NCBI GenBank assembly: GCA_963801665.1 | Contig: CAWDFL010000004.1 | Span: 366,590-430,589 of the forward strand | Direction: 5' to 3' | From: an uncultured delta proteobacterium | GTDB taxonomy: Bacteria; Desulfobacterota; Binatia; Binatales; Binataceae | DNA: 64,000 bases | In this document: piece by piece, positions 19,018 to 29,572 of the stretch | Layout: each line of letters opens with the position of its first letter | How positions within the stretch are numbered: the stretch's first letter is position 1 | The notes under the pieces: model-generated | What the model saw: the letters and a program-made list of their open reading frames with translations, nothing else | Databases searched by the model: none | Told to the model about the DNA's origin: nothing | Program-made: the position numbers and the translations under genes

Positions 19018-19950
19018 CTACCTTCGGCGACGCTCGCGAATCGCCGCCGCCATCCTCACCACCGCCCACGCCGCGCCCGGGTCATGCACCCTGACGATCG
19101 ACGTACCCGCCGCGACCGCAAGTGCGTCGGCGGCCGCAGTCCCAAATTCGACCTCGCGCTCCGAAGCGCCGGCAATCCGCCGGATGAAGCTCTTGCGCGA
19201 AGATCCTACCATTAGGGGATAGCCGACCGCGGCAAGGCGGGGCAAGGCGTCCAGCAGAGCCAGATTGTGCCGCGCGGTCTTGGAGAAGCCGATTCCAGGG
19301 TCGAGGATAATTCGCGAGCGCGCGACTCCGGCGCTAACCGCAGCCTCCGCGCGCGCAATAAGGTACGCGATCACCTCGCCGGTAACGTCGCGATAGCGCG
19401 CAAACTTAAGATGATCCTCGGCGCCGCCGCGCATATGCATCAGCACGACCGCCACGCCCGCCCGCGCCGCGACCGACGCCATAGCGGAGTCGTACTCGAA
19501 CGCGCTGATATCGTTGATTATCGTTGCGCCCGCCTCGATCGCACGCGCCGCGACGGCGGACTTGCGCGTGTCGATCGAGATCGGAATGCGGAGCTTAGCG
19601 GCGAGCGCCTCGACCACCGGCATCACGCGGCGCAGTTCCTCTTCGACGCCGACGGTGCGCGCTCCGCCGGGCCGCGTCGATTCTCCGCCGATATCGATAA
19701 TGGCCGCGCCGTGCGCCTCCATCGCGAGGCCATGCTCGATCGCCCGGGCGGGGTCGAAGTAGCGGCCGCCGTCGGAGAACGAGTCGGGCGTGACATTGAG
19801 CACGCCCATGACCGCGGGGAAAAGGATTACCCGCCCGTCGCGCAGGCGCATCCGCTTGGGCGGTAACGGGACGCGCGGCGGCGCGGATTTGACTACGCGC
19901 AATTTCGGACTGCGTGGATTGTTGCGGGAATTATCGGATACAAGCCGCAT
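19018..19950 (-). CDS. folP: dihydropteroate synthase
   Basis: Contains VMGVLNVTPDSFSDGG, IIDIGGESTRPG and INDISA. The start is uncertain: 19950 has a GGAAG upstream, 19851 is also possible, and the track ORF start at 20064 overlaps ftsH. Confidence 0.88.
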   Translation of the reverse strand: MRLVSDNSRNNPRSPKLRVVKSAPPRVPLPPKRMRLRDGRVILFPAVMGVLNVTPDSFSDGGRYFDPARAIEHGLAMEAHGAAIIDIGGESTRPGGARTVGVEEELRRVMPVVEALAAKLRIPISIDTRKSAVAARAIEAGATIINDISAFEYDSAMASVAARAGVAVVLMHMRGGAEDHLKFARYRDVTGEVIAYLIARAEAAVSAGVARSRIILDPGIGFSKTARHNLALLDALPRLAAVGYPLMVGSSRKSFIRRIAGASEREVEFGTAAADALAVAAGTSIVRVHDPGAAWAVVRMAAAIRERRRR

Positions 19951-20008
19951 TCGCGAGCTTCCATCTCGCCCGCCGCACGCAAAGCGGAGCTCGGGTTGTC
20001 CGCAGATT

Positions 20009-21949
20009 CTAGACCAGCACGGGCTTGGGCGGCAGCCCGGGGACGGCAGCCGGTTCCTCCGCATGCTTGTCTTTTCCCGCGCCGGCCTCTAGGTTCGGAC
20101 GCGGAGTCGAGCCTGCGGCGGGAGGGAACGACGCGGGCAACGGACGCCCTTCGCGATACGCGGTGACCAGCGCTTCGACCTCGGCGCCGTCGAGGACCTC
20201 TTTTTCCAGCAGGCGCTCGGCTACCGCATGCAGCAGGACGATATGATCGGAGAGCAGTTGGCGCGCCTTCTGGTAGGCGTCGTCGATGATCCGCCGAATC
20301 TCGCGATCGATCTCGATCGCGGTATGTTCGGAATAATCCTTCTGATGCCCGAGGTCGCGGCCCAGGAAGACCTGTTCGTCGTGCTTGCCGAAGGTCATCG
20401 GCCCGAGCTCTTTGCTCATGCCGAACTCGCAGACCATCTTGCGCGCAAGCTCGGTCGCCTTTTCGATATCGTCGCCGGCGCCCGTGGTCATATGGCCGAA
20501 GATCAATTCCTCGGCCGCGCGTCCGCCGAACATCATCGCGAGCCGCGTCTTCAGGTAGTCGCTCGAATAGGTGTAGCGATCGTCGAGCGGAAGCTGCTGC
20601 GTGACGCCGAGCGCCATCCCGCGCGGGATGATCGTGACTTTATGCACAGGGTCCGCGCCCGGCAGGAGCATCGCAACCAGCGCGTGGCCGCCCTCGTGAT
20701 AGGCGGTGTTCTTGCGCTCGTTCAGCGACATCACCATCGAGCGCCGCTCCGCGCCCATCATGACTTTGTCCTTGGCCAGCTCGAAATCGGACATCTCGAC
20801 CTTGTCCTTGTTGCGCCGCGCCGCGAGCAGCGCCGCCTCGTTGACAAGATTCTCAAGGTCCGCGCCGGCGAAGCCCGGAGTCGAGCGCGCCAGCTTGTCG
20901 ATATTGACGTCTTCGGAAAGCGGAACCTTGCGCGTATGCACCCGCAGGATTCCGTCGCGTCCCTTCACGTCGGGCCGCGGCACGACAACCCGGCGGTCGA
21001 AGCGACCGGGACGCAGCAGCGCGGGATCGAGCACGTCGGGCCGGTTGGTCGCGGCGACCAGGATCACGCCCTCGTTGGCCTCGAATCCGTCCATCTCGAC
21101 CAGCAACTGATTGAGGGTCTGCTCGCGCTCGTCATGGCCGCCGCCCAGGCCCGCGCCGCGATGGCGTCCGACGGCGTCGATCTCGTCGATAAATATAATG
21201 CACGGCGCGTGCTTCTTGCCCTGCACGAACAGGTCGCGCACGCGCGAGGCGCCGACTCCGACGAACATCTCGACGAAGTCCGAGCCTGAAATCGAAAAGA
21301 ACGGCACGCCCGCTTCGCCAGCGATCGCGCGTGCGAGCAGAGTCTTGCCGGTTCCCGGAGGACCGACCAGCAAAACGCCCTTGGGGATACGTCCGCCAAG
21401 GCGCGTGAAGCGCTTGGGGTCGCGCAGGAACTGGATTATCTCTTCGAGCTCGTCCTTGGCCTCGTCGATTCCGGCCACGTCGGCGAACGTGACCTTGTGG
21501 GTATTTTCCGTGAGCAGCTTGGCGCGGCTTTTCCCGAACGACATCGCCTTGCCGCCGCCGATCTGCATCTGGCGCATGAAGAAGATCCAGAGTCCCGCCA
21601 GGATCAGGATCGGGAACCACTGCACCAGCATCACCATCCACCAGGGATCACCCTCGGCGGGTTTGGCCGCTATCTTGACGCCCTTGTCGCGAAGGGTTTT
21701 TACCAGGTCTGGATCGGTCGGGGCGTAGCTCTTGAAGTGCTCGCCGGCGGTGGTATCGCCCTTGATCTGGTTGCCTTGAATTGTGACCGAGGCGACCTGC
21801 CCCTTTTCGACCTGGTTGAGGAAGTCGGAGAAAATAATCTCCGGCTCACGGGGCTGCTGCCTGCTGAAGATATTAAACAGCAGGAGAAACATCAGGCCCA
21901 AAACGAGCCAGAGAGCAATACTGCGGGAAAACTGGTTCATCCCCATCAA
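20009..21949 (-). CDS. ftsH: ATP-dependent zinc metalloprotease FtsH
   Basis: 646 aa with two TM helices. Walker A GPPGTGKT, Walker [12 protein letters not shown], and zinc motif HEGGHA. Confidence 0.97.
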   Translation of the reverse strand: MMGMNQFSRSIALWLVLGLMFLLLFNIFSRQQPREPEIIFSDFLNQVEKGQVASVTIQGNQIKGDTTAGEHFKSYAPTDPDLVKTLRDKGVKIAAKPAEGDPWWMVMLVQWFPILILAGLWIFFMRQMQIGGGKAMSFGKSRAKLLTENTHKVTFADVAGIDEAKDELEEIIQFLRDPKRFTRLGGRIPKGVLLVGPPGTGKTLLARAIAGEAGVPFFSISGSDFVEMFVGVGASRVRDLFVQGKKHAPCIIFIDEIDAVGRHRGAGLGGGHDEREQTLNQLLVEMDGFEANEGVILVAATNRPDVLDPALLRPGRFDRRVVVPRPDVKGRDGILRVHTRKVPLSEDVNIDKLARSTPGFAGADLENLVNEAALLAARRNKDKVEMSDFELAKDKVMMGAERRSMVMSLNERKNTAYHEGGHALVAMLLPGADPVHKVTIIPRGMALGVTQQLPLDDRYTYSSDYLKTRLAMMFGGRAAEELIFGHMTTGAGDDIEKATELARKMVCEFGMSKELGPMTFGKHDEQVFLGRDLGHQKDYSEHTAIEIDREIRRIIDDAYQKARQLLSDHIVLLHAVAERLLEKEVLDGAEVEALVTAYREGRPLPASFPPAAGSTPRPNLEAGAGKDKHAEEPAAVPGLPPKPVLV

Positions 21950-21991
21950 AATCGTACCATGCTCGCTAAATCTGGCGCAACGACGATCCCA

Positions 21992-23437
21992 TCAATTTGA
22001 CGAGTATTCGCGCGCCGAAATTCGCACCGCCGTCTCGCTGGCCGGCGTAAGAAGCCCCCGCCTGGATCGCACTACGCCCGGAATCCATACAATCTCATCC
22101 GCGGCGACGACGATAGGAACTCGCGCGCGCCGCTCTCGCGCCACCTTCGAGTCTATCAGAACGTCCTTGACCTTGCGCGTGCCATTCATCCCGATCGGCC
22201 GCACGCGGTCGCCGGGGATAAAGTTGCGCACAGATAGCCCGGTTGTCGCAATCTCCGCGAGATCGAAAAGCGCAGTATTTTTGTCCTTGGGCATCTGTTC
22301 TTCCGATTTGGCTTCCGCCGCGGCGACAATCACCGCATCGAAAGAATAGCACGCCTCCTCGACAACGGTTGTCCCTTCGAGCGCGAGCGGGACCGAGAAC
22401 TCGCGCGCGATTCGCTCGGTCGCACGCGTCAGCCGAAGCAGCGCGTATTCGCGGACGGCGCGCCATCCGCCGGGCAGAGAGATTTCGCCGTTCGGCGGAC
22501 CCTCCAGGATGAGCGCGATCATCGCATCCAGATGCGCCCGTCCGATCCGGCGCAGGCTGCCGATTCGTCCGGCGATAAATGCGCGCAACAAGGGAGCGCG
22601 CAGCGCCGCGTCGAGTGAGGCAAAGCGCGCGAGGTCAAGCTCGCCGCGGGCCGTGCGCATCGCGTCGAGCGTACGTGCCGCCTCGCGCGTGACGTAGGCG
22701 TCGAGCACACGCATCTCGCCGGAGAGCTCGGCCAGCCGCGCACCGACTCCGGGAGCATAGCCCTCGAGGGTCGGGATCAACTCGTGGCGGACACGATTGC
22801 GCAGGAGAGCCGCCGAGCCGTTGCTGCTATCCTCGACAAATAACGCGCCGATAGCGTGCAAATAAGCGCGGATATCCTCGCGCGAGAGAGACAGCATCGG
22901 ACGCACGATGAGATTGGGTCCCGCCTCGTCCATCGCGCCCAGCCCCGCGATTCCCGCGCCGCGCAGCATCCGCAGCAGGACGGTCTCCGCCTGGTCATCG
23001 CGATGATGCCCCAACGCAACGTGCTCCGCACCCAGCCGCTCCGCCGTCCGGCGCAGGAAGTCGTGACGCGCTTCGCGCGCAGCCTCCTCGAGGTTCGCCA
23101 TAGCGGCGTCGAGACCCTCAGCGCGCTCGACGACCAGATCGATTGCAAGCCGCGCACAGAGCTCGCGCACGAACGTCTCATCGCGATCGGACTCTGCTCC
23201 ACGAATGCGATGATTCAGATGCGCCGCCGCGAGCCGATAGCCGAACGAATCGCGCAGATCGATCAACGCATGCAGCATCGCGACCGAATCCGCCCCACCC
23301 GAAAGCGCGACGAGAATCAACGAATCGCGGCTGACGCGCGCGCGCTCAAGCGATCGCGAAATCGCGCTCAGAACAGTATTTCGAGGGCTCGTCCGCATCG
23401 TGAGCCACAGGCTATTCCGGCGCACATCGCGCGGCAA
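21992..23437 (-). CDS. tilS: tRNA(Ile)-lysidine synthase
   Basis: PP-loop LVALSGGADSVAMLH, plus a TilS substrate-binding C-terminal domain. Confidence 0.9.
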   Translation of the reverse strand: MPRDVRRNSLWLTMRTSPRNTVLSAISRSLERARVSRDSLILVALSGGADSVAMLHALIDLRDSFGYRLAAAHLNHRIRGAESDRDETFVRELCARLAIDLVVERAEGLDAAMANLEEAAREARHDFLRRTAERLGAEHVALGHHRDDQAETVLLRMLRGAGIAGLGAMDEAGPNLIVRPMLSLSREDIRAYLHAIGALFVEDSSNGSAALLRNRVRHELIPTLEGYAPGVGARLAELSGEMRVLDAYVTREAARTLDAMRTARGELDLARFASLDAALRAPLLRAFIAGRIGSLRRIGRAHLDAMIALILEGPPNGEISLPGGWRAVREYALLRLTRATERIAREFSVPLALEGTTVVEEACYSFDAVIVAAAEAKSEEQMPKDKNTALFDLAEIATTGLSVRNFIPGDRVRPIGMNGTRKVKDVLIDSKVARERRARVPIVVAADEIVWIPGVVRSRRGLLTPASETAVRISAREYSSN

Positions 23438-23485
23438 TGTACAGAATCATGGAACGTCCGTTCGCCGTCTGGTAACTGAGAGTCG

Positions 23486-25414
23486 ATGACGCAGCCTCGA
23501 GCCGACATGCTCGCAGTCGCGGCCGCCGCCGACGCTCCCGCGACCGCCCTATCGAAGAAACCCCGGCGCGTCAGGATCCTTCCAGTCCTGCTGGTACTCG
23601 CCCTGGGATTGGAGTTTCCTCTCGATCCGTTTCTGGGAAAGATCGTGTTCCCGATACTTTCGCATGCCGGATGGTCGTGGCCCACGAAAGTCGCTGCGGA
23701 AACCATCATCGGTCAAACAATTTTCATTATCGCGATTCTGCTAATCGTGCATTTTTGGGAACGCTTGCCAATACGTTCGATCGGCATCGCCAAACCCGCC
23801 GTCTTTGATCTCGTTCTAGGGATCGCAGTCTTCCTGCTACTTCTTCTGGTTCAACGGGTTCTATCGCCTTTTCTCCTGCATATTCTGGCCTCCGGAAAGG
23901 CCTCGAGTGGCGACGGGGCCGCCGCCATCGCTCCGAGCCAGGTGGCGCTGATCGCGCAATGGTCATGGCCGACGATACTGGCGGTGGCCGCGAGCGGGAG
24001 CATCTTCGAAGAGATCTGGGCGCGAGGGTACGGGATCGAACGCGTTGAAGCGCTGACGCACAGCACCTTGGCGAGCGCCGCTATCATGCTTGTGCTCGAC
24101 CTCGCTGCACACGTGCCGTTCTGGGGAATCCGTTACGCAGTTCTCATTGCGCCCTACCAGATCCTGTTTCTCGGATTGTACCTATGGCAGCGGCGGCTAA
24201 TGCCGTGCGTTGTTGCCCACATGCTCTGGGATTCCATCCACGCGATGGCGTTGGCGATGGTATGGCTCGTATCAATCATCCATCCGATGCACGCGGCGCA
24301 AGGGTGGCAGGCCTTAAACAAGGGCAACTACGATAACTCGATCGCAGAATTCAGTATCGTTTTGCGCCATGATCCGAATGACGTTCGCGCCCTGGAGGGG
24401 CGCAGCAATGCATATTGGTACAAGGGCAAATACGATCTGTCGATCGGCGATCTGAACCGAGTCATCACGCTTGAACCCGGCAACGAACACGCATACTGGA
24501 ATCGCGCAAACACATACTTCTCCAAGCACGATTACTCGCGCGCAACGGCTGACGCGAACCAAGCGATCAAGCTCGCACCGAATGATCCAGATACTTACTC
24601 GATGCGCGCAGATATCGATGCCGCGATGGGCGACGACAAGGGCGCCATCAAGGACCTCGGCCGGGCAATAAAACTCACTCCGAGCGATTATGCGCTGATC
24701 GAGCGCAGAGAAGGCCTATACGAAGCGGCTGGTGACTACGATGGCGCGATTGCCGACCTCAGCCGCCTGCTCGCGCTCGATCCCGGGAATAGCTACCTTT
24801 TGGCCGAGCGCTCGACGCTATATCGAATAAGCGGGCAGCCCGCACTGGCGGCGCGCGATGAATCCGTCTTCATCGCAACTCACAAAAAAGATTCGAGCGG
24901 ATACCTTATCGCAGCGAACATGTCGTACGGACAACATCAATATGGCGCCGCTATCGACGATCTGAACCGGGCAATTGCCCTGTCGCCGAATTTCACGATG
25001 CTCTACCAGTGGCGCGCAGTCGCATACGCAAGATCCGGTAAGTCCCAGCTCGCAATAGCGGATTGGCGGCGTGTCCTCAGCAAGCAGCCGAAGGCCACTT
25101 ACGAGTACAGCAATCATGCTTGGATACTGGCCACTTGTCCGCTCGCGGAGGTTAGGAATGGGAAGCAGGCAGTCGAGTTCGCAACTCAGAGTTGTAAGTT
25201 GAGTGGATGGAAGGACGCCGAGAATTTGGACACTCTCGCGGCCGCATACGCCGAGCTGGGCGATTTCGCCGACGCGGTGATGTCGGAGAAGAAAGCGCTT
25301 GCAACGCTCGCACTGTCCGAGAAAAGGCTCGCGCCTGAGATGCGTGATCGGCTTGTACTATATCAGAGGGGTCATCCGTATCATGCTACGTATCCAACCC
25401 TTCTTTGGCATTGA
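23486..25414 (+). CDS. CPBP-family intramembrane glutamic protease fused to a long TPR domain
   Basis: N-terminal ~260 aa are multi-TM with the CPBP motifs EEIWARGY, AAHVPFW and VAHMLWDS. The C-terminal ~370 aa are tandem TPR-like repeats (..NYDNSIAEFSIVLRHDPNDV.., ..AIKLAPNDP..). The TPR part has visibly lower GC. Confidence 0.8.
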   Translation: MTQPRADMLAVAAAADAPATALSKKPRRVRILPVLLVLALGLEFPLDPFLGKIVFPILSHAGWSWPTKVAAETIIGQTIFIIAILLIVHFWERLPIRSIGIAKPAVFDLVLGIAVFLLLLLVQRVLSPFLLHILASGKASSGDGAAAIAPSQVALIAQWSWPTILAVAASGSIFEEIWARGYGIERVEALTHSTLASAAIMLVLDLAAHVPFWGIRYAVLIAPYQILFLGLYLWQRRLMPCVVAHMLWDSIHAMALAMVWLVSIIHPMHAAQGWQALNKGNYDNSIAEFSIVLRHDPNDVRALEGRSNAYWYKGKYDLSIGDLNRVITLEPGNEHAYWNRANTYFSKHDYSRATADANQAIKLAPNDPDTYSMRADIDAAMGDDKGAIKDLGRAIKLTPSDYALIERREGLYEAAGDYDGAIADLSRLLALDPGNSYLLAERSTLYRISGQPALAARDESVFIATHKKDSSGYLIAANMSYGQHQYGAAIDDLNRAIALSPNFTMLYQWRAVAYARSGKSQLAIADWRRVLSKQPKATYEYSNHAWILATCPLAEVRNGKQAVEFATQSCKLSGWKDAENLDTLAAAYAELGDFADAVMSEKKALATLALSEKRLAPEMRDRLVLYQRGHPYHATYPTLLWH

Positions 25415-25423
25415 CCCGAGTAG

Positions 25424-26491
25424 CTATCCTGGAGTGTCCCAGCGGTCTTCGAGGCGGCGGTATTTCCAGATCGAGACCGATAGCGCCCATCCCACGACGA
25501 ACATCGCGACGATCGCGTAGCCGAGAGTCTCGAAGTCCAGCGCCGCGAGCGTGCTGAAGAAGCGGCCGTGCCAATTGAGCGCGCCGCCGAGTACCTGCAG
25601 CAGCTCGATCGTGCCGATCAGCAGCGCAACCGCCACCGACAAACTTGTAGTCGTTATGTTGTAATAAATTTTGCGCAGCGGACTGGAGAACGCCCAACTG
25701 TAAGCTCTCACCATGAACACACCGTCGGCGGTGTCCATCAGGGACATGCCCGAGGCGAACAGGATCGCGAGTGAGGTGACGGCGAGCGTCGGCACCGCCT
25801 GCGACGCGGCGCCGGCCGCGAGCGCGAGCAGTCCAATCTCGGAGGCGGTGTCGAAGCCGAGACCAAAGAGCATCCCGACCGGATACATCTGCCAGCTATG
25901 GCTGATCAGATTCTGCAAGCGGCCGCCAAGGATGCGCCGCAGGAGGCCGCGCTGCGCCAGCAAATCCTCGAGATGCTCCTGATGATAGGTGCCGCGCTTC
26001 ATCTGGCGCCAGATATTCAGGATATCCAGCAGTACCAGCAGATTTAGAACTCCGATCAGCCACAGGAACACACCGGAGACCGTCGCGCCGACTACGTTTC
26101 CATAGCTCTGCAACTCGGGCATCGCGGCGCGGACCGTCTTGGTCGCGACCACCAGCGCCACGGTCATCAGCAGGACGATCGTCGAATGGCCGAGCGAGAA
26201 AAAGAATCCCACAGCCAAAGGCCGTTCGCCTTTTTGCAAAAGGTAGCGCGTGGTGTCGTCGATCGCCGAAATATGATCGGCGTCGAATGCGTGTCGGAGT
26301 CCCAATCCGTACGCGAGCGCGCCGAGCCCCGCCATCGCGGGGAATCGGGGAGAATAAAGAAAAAACATTCCCCATCCGATGACGTGAAACAGTCCGATGA
26401 TCCCGAACAGAGCGCCGGTGCGCACCCAGGTTCCATCACTGTTTGCGCCGGATAACGATTGATCGCGTGGAGTCACGGATTTCTTTGGCAC
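25424..26491 (-). CDS. NiCoT-family nickel/cobalt transporter (HoxN/HupN/NixA)
   Basis: Eight TM helices. Signature GLRHAFDADHISAIDDTTR and LGFDTASEI. Confidence 0.9.
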   Translation of the reverse strand: MPKKSVTPRDQSLSGANSDGTWVRTGALFGIIGLFHVIGWGMFFLYSPRFPAMAGLGALAYGLGLRHAFDADHISAIDDTTRYLLQKGERPLAVGFFFSLGHSTIVLLMTVALVVATKTVRAAMPELQSYGNVVGATVSGVFLWLIGVLNLLVLLDILNIWRQMKRGTYHQEHLEDLLAQRGLLRRILGGRLQNLISHSWQMYPVGMLFGLGFDTASEIGLLALAAGAASQAVPTLAVTSLAILFASGMSLMDTADGVFMVRAYSWAFSSPLRKIYYNITTTSLSVAVALLIGTIELLQVLGGALNWHGRFFSTLAALDFETLGYAIVAMFVVGWALSVSIWKYRRLEDRWDTPG

Positions 26492-26524
26492 AAATGATCC
26501 ATTGAAACCGCCGCACTGGCTGCG

Positions 26525-26830
26525 TCAACCGCTGAGCTGATCGAGCAGATGCAGGATCACGCCGATACCGGGGATATTCACCTCGAGCTCTTCGGAGAGG
26601 GTGCGGATCACTCGCACGCGTTCGAGCGCCGCGCGGTCGTAAAGACGCTCGACTGTGTGGCCGGTGCGCGTCACCTGCGCGGGCGCTACGAATTCCTCGT
26701 GCTCCCAGACCGCGAGCTGGCGGTCGCTTACTCCCGTCATCACGCAGAACACCTCGCGTGTCACCAAAACCGGCGCGCCGCGCCTGGGACGCCTGATCGA
26801 ACTACTCTGCCGCCGCGCCATCGCCGTCAA
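26525..26830 (-). CDS. MerR-like chaperone-modulator protein (CbpM/HspR-like)
   Basis: 101 aa, with [23 protein letters not shown]...[38 protein letters not shown]. 4-nt overlap with the upstream J-protein gene. Confidence 0.65.
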   Translation of the reverse strand: MTAMARRQSSSIRRPRRGAPVLVTREVFCVMTGVSDRQLAVWEHEEFVAPAQVTRTGHTVERLYDRAALERVRVIRTLSEELEVNIPGIGVILHLLDQLSG

Positions 26831-27933
26831 CTCCGCTTGATCATCTCGGCGCGAGGATCGGCGACGCCGCGATCGCGCCGGCGTTCGGCTAGCTGCTGCA
26901 TCAGCGTCCGCTCTTCGGCGGTAAGATCGGCGGGCGCGAGGATCTTTAGCTCGTAGAGCAGGTCGCCCGCCGGCTCCTTGGCGCGCGCGGGAATTCCGCG
27001 GCCCTTCAGGCGCAGCACGCGGCCGCCTTGTGAGCCGGCCGGAATCTTGAGCGAGACTTTGCCGCCGCCCGGAGTTGGCGCGGTGACCTCCGCGCCGAGC
27101 GCGGCTTCATAGTCCCACACCGGCAGCTCGCAGCGCAGGTCGCGTCCGGCGACGGTGAACACGGGATGCGGCTGGATCCGGACGGTCAAAAACAGATCGC
27201 CATTGAACTCGGGACGCGGGCCGCGTCCGCCCTGCCCCTTAAGGCGCAGATTGGTGCCGTCGGCAACGCCGGCCGGAATCGTGACTTCGAGCGTGCGCGG
27301 CTGCGCGATAACGCCAGTGCCGCCGCATACCGGACACGGCGCCGCCGATCGGATGACGCGATTTTTGCCCTGGCGCTGTTCGCTCGCGACCATCCCGGAG
27401 CCTCCACACGCGGCGCACTCGTCCTGCGCGACCAGCTCGAGGCGCTGCTTGGCGCCGTTGATCGCCTCGGCCAGCGGGATATGAACGTCGGCGCGCAAAT
27501 CGGGAGCTCGGGTAGGCTCGGAGTCGAAATTGAATCCGCGGCGGCCGCCGCGCACGCCGCCCTGGCCGCCGAAGAATTGCTCGAAGAAATCGCTGAAGCC
27601 GCCGGCTCCTGATTCCGGACCGCCCGAGTACCGCGCACCTGCTCCTGCGCGTTCGCGCGCTGCCGCCTCCTGCGCGTAACGGCGCATCATCTCTTCCTGC
27701 GAGATGCCGTGTTCCCAGTCGGCGCCGAGCTCGTCGTACTTCTTGCGTTTGCTGGCGTCGGAGAGGACCTGGTAGGCCTCGTTGATTTCCTTGAAGCGCT
27801 TCTCGGCGTCCTTGTTGTTGGGATTGACGTCGGGATGGAACTTGCGCGCGAGTTTGCGGTACGCGGTCTTGATTTCAGGTTCGGTGGCGCCGCGTTCAAC
27901 GCCCAGGATCTTGTAGTAGTCGCGAAATTCCAT
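26827..27933 (-). CDS. DnaJ-family co-chaperone (J domain, G/F region, reduced zinc finger, CTDs)
   Basis: J domain DYYKILGV...KFHPDVNP. Gly/Phe-rich linker. Only two CxxCxGxG motifs ([16 protein letters not shown]), followed by DnaJ C-terminal domains. Confidence 0.9.
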   Translation of the reverse strand: MEFRDYYKILGVERGATEPEIKTAYRKLARKFHPDVNPNNKDAEKRFKEINEAYQVLSDASKRKKYDELGADWEHGISQEEMMRRYAQEAAARERAGAGARYSGGPESGAGGFSDFFEQFFGGQGGVRGGRRGFNFDSEPTRAPDLRADVHIPLAEAINGAKQRLELVAQDECAACGGSGMVASEQRQGKNRVIRSAAPCPVCGGTGVIAQPRTLEVTIPAGVADGTNLRLKGQGGRGPRPEFNGDLFLTVRIQPHPVFTVAGRDLRCELPVWDYEAALGAEVTAPTPGGGKVSLKIPAGSQGGRVLRLKGRGIPARAKEPAGDLLYELKILAPADLTAEERTLMQQLAERRRDRGVADPRAEMIKRS

Positions 27934-28060
27934 TGCGCAGAGTGTGGTTCAGACGATCCAGCTATTCAAGATGCGCACGAAACCGCGCCAGCGCAAGGAA
28001 GAATATCGGAAATCCGGATAATACACCGCAGACGAGGCGCGAGCGCGCGCTCGATCCGCA

Positions 28061-28098
28061 TAGACAAAAGGAGGGCGACGCCAAAAGCATCGCCCTCC
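28061..28098 (-). terminator. putative intrinsic terminator after the secreted-protein gene
   Basis: Perfect 9-bp stem GGAGGGCGA / TCGCCCTCC at 28070-28098 with an 11-nt loop. On the minus strand it is followed by TTTTG (28069-28065). Located 45 nt downstream of the stop at 28143. Confidence 0.5.
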
Positions 28099-28142
28099 GA
28101 ACCGGTCAAGAAAAAAAACGTCGCCGAGCGGCCGCCTCCGCT

Positions 28143-28646
28143 TCAGGGTGCCGTGGCTGAAGTTCTGGTGTTGCTCGGCGAGTCGGCCGACACCGCCGGA
28201 ATCGGTTGTTTGGCGGGGCTGCACTTCGCGACCGCGATGGTGAACGGGTTGCAGGTGGACAATACACAATCATTGCCGGTTCCCGTCAGACTCGATCTGC
28301 TAAATGTTCCGGAGAGCGTTTCCGCACCGTCGAAATACCCATCGACAAAGTTCATCAACACCGTGGTTCCGTCCGAACTGGTGCATAGAGTTCCGACCGC
28401 CAGATAGCCTGGAAAAAGGCCGGTACTAATAAGCCCGCCAGTCTTACAGGCGCCTTTTCCGGGAATCGACATGCCTATGCCTACGAACGCGTTTGAGTTT
28501 AACGCCATACAAACGTTCGCAGCCGACGCGGTTCCGGCGAGGACTAGAAGCAATCCCGCGATGGCAGCCATTCGACCCAGGATCGTCCGCGGATCCGCCC
28601 CTCGTAACCCAACTTTCCGGTCTGTTCTCATGACATTCCTCCCCAA
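28143..28646 (-). CDS. hypothetical secreted Cys-rich protein
   Basis: Signal-peptide-like MAAIAGLLLVLAGTASAANV, several Cys residues, lower GC, no family recognised. The start is ambiguous (Met at 28646, 28631 or 28571). Confidence 0.5.
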   Translation of the reverse strand: MGRNVMRTDRKVGLRGADPRTILGRMAAIAGLLLVLAGTASAANVCMALNSNAFVGIGMSIPGKGACKTGGLISTGLFPGYLAVGTLCTSSDGTTVLMNFVDGYFDGAETLSGTFSRSSLTGTGNDCVLSTCNPFTIAVAKCSPAKQPIPAVSADSPSNTRTSATAP

Positions 28647-28836
28647 AATGAAGCAAGATTTTAGCCCGTGAAAGAAACGTTTAGACCACCCAAGCGCGAC
28701 AAAGGTAGATTCAATGTAAAAGTTATGTCAAATCCGCGATATCGGAAGAACGGGAGAATCCGAAGCATAGGCAGACTTATCAGAATCGAGGATCAGCCTG
28801 GTTGGAGGCGGGAATTCAGACGCACGGAACGTCATC

Positions 28837-29082
28837 TTAGCCAGAGTAGAATTCACCCCGGATTTCAGATTCGGCAACGTAGCGCAACGCCTGCCGGTAG
28901 ATCGCGGCGAGCGTGCCGCGCTCGAGCTAGTGATGGTCGGGGATAGTAAGCGTCTGCCGGGAGCCGTCTTCCAGCACGCGGCGCAGTTTCACGTGACTGC
29001 CGCGCCTCGATTCAATCGCGAAACCCTGCCGCTGCAGAATCCGGATCATGTCGGCGCCAGAGAGACGCCTCAGTTTAGGCAT
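28837..29082 (-). pseudogene. hicA: HicA-family toxin interrupted by an in-frame TAG
   Basis: MPKLRRLSGADMIRILQRQGFAIESRRGSHVKLRR...TLTIPDHH, then TAG (28929-28927). The same frame continues LERGTLAAIYRQALRYVAESEIRGEFYSG to TAA (28839-28837). The GTL..I.RQA segment belongs to the normal HicA C-terminus. Confidence 0.6.
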
Positions 29083-29302
29083 GCGGCTGAAGTTCGAGCT
29101 CGAAGATCGCCAGGATCGAGGGATCCGGAGCAATCCCGAACTCCGCAGGATCTTCACCCTCGAGTTGCAACGAGATTGCTTCCCTCAAGTTGAAAGCGAG
29201 CTCGTCCAGCGTCGCCGCCTGGGTCACTACCGGAAGATCGAGACACTCCGCGACATAGAAATTTTCGCCGCGTGAAATGCGGACCTGAATCGTTTTCTTC
29301 AT
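29075..29302 (-). CDS. hicB: HicB-like antitoxin (UPF0150 fold)
   Basis: MKKTIQVRISRGENFYVAECLDLPVVTQAATLDELAFNLREAISLQLEGE. Overlaps the hicA start by 8 nt. Confidence 0.7.
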   Translation of the reverse strand: MKKTIQVRISRGENFYVAECLDLPVVTQAATLDELAFNLREAISLQLEGEDPAEFGIAPDPSILAIFELELQPHA

Positions 29303-29368
29303 CGTCGCCGCTCCAGTCGAATCATACTCGCCGTCAGCGCCGCGATACATAGCTCGCACGCGGCTCGC

Positions 29369-29569
29369 TCAGGTCTCCGATACATTCGGAGATGGTTCCG
29401 GCGATGATTCCGAGGGCGGCGCGGTGAGCGCGGCGAGTTTCGATTCGAGTGCGCGAAGTTCGCGTTCGAGGCGGGATTGGCGATTCCAGATGAATACTAC
29501 GTAAAGGAATATCGCGGCGAAGATCGCGCTGTAGGCGGCGAACAGGAAGCCGAAGTGATCCATTATCAT
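29369..29569 (-). CDS. ccmD: heme exporter protein CcmD
   Basis: 66 aa with a single TM (FLFAAYSAIFAAIFLYVVFIW) followed by a charged tail. Lies directly downstream of ccmC. Confidence 0.65.
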   Translation of the reverse strand: MIMDHFGFLFAAYSAIFAAIFLYVVFIWNRQSRLERELRALESKLAALTAPPSESSPEPSPNVSET

Positions 29570-29572
29570 TAC

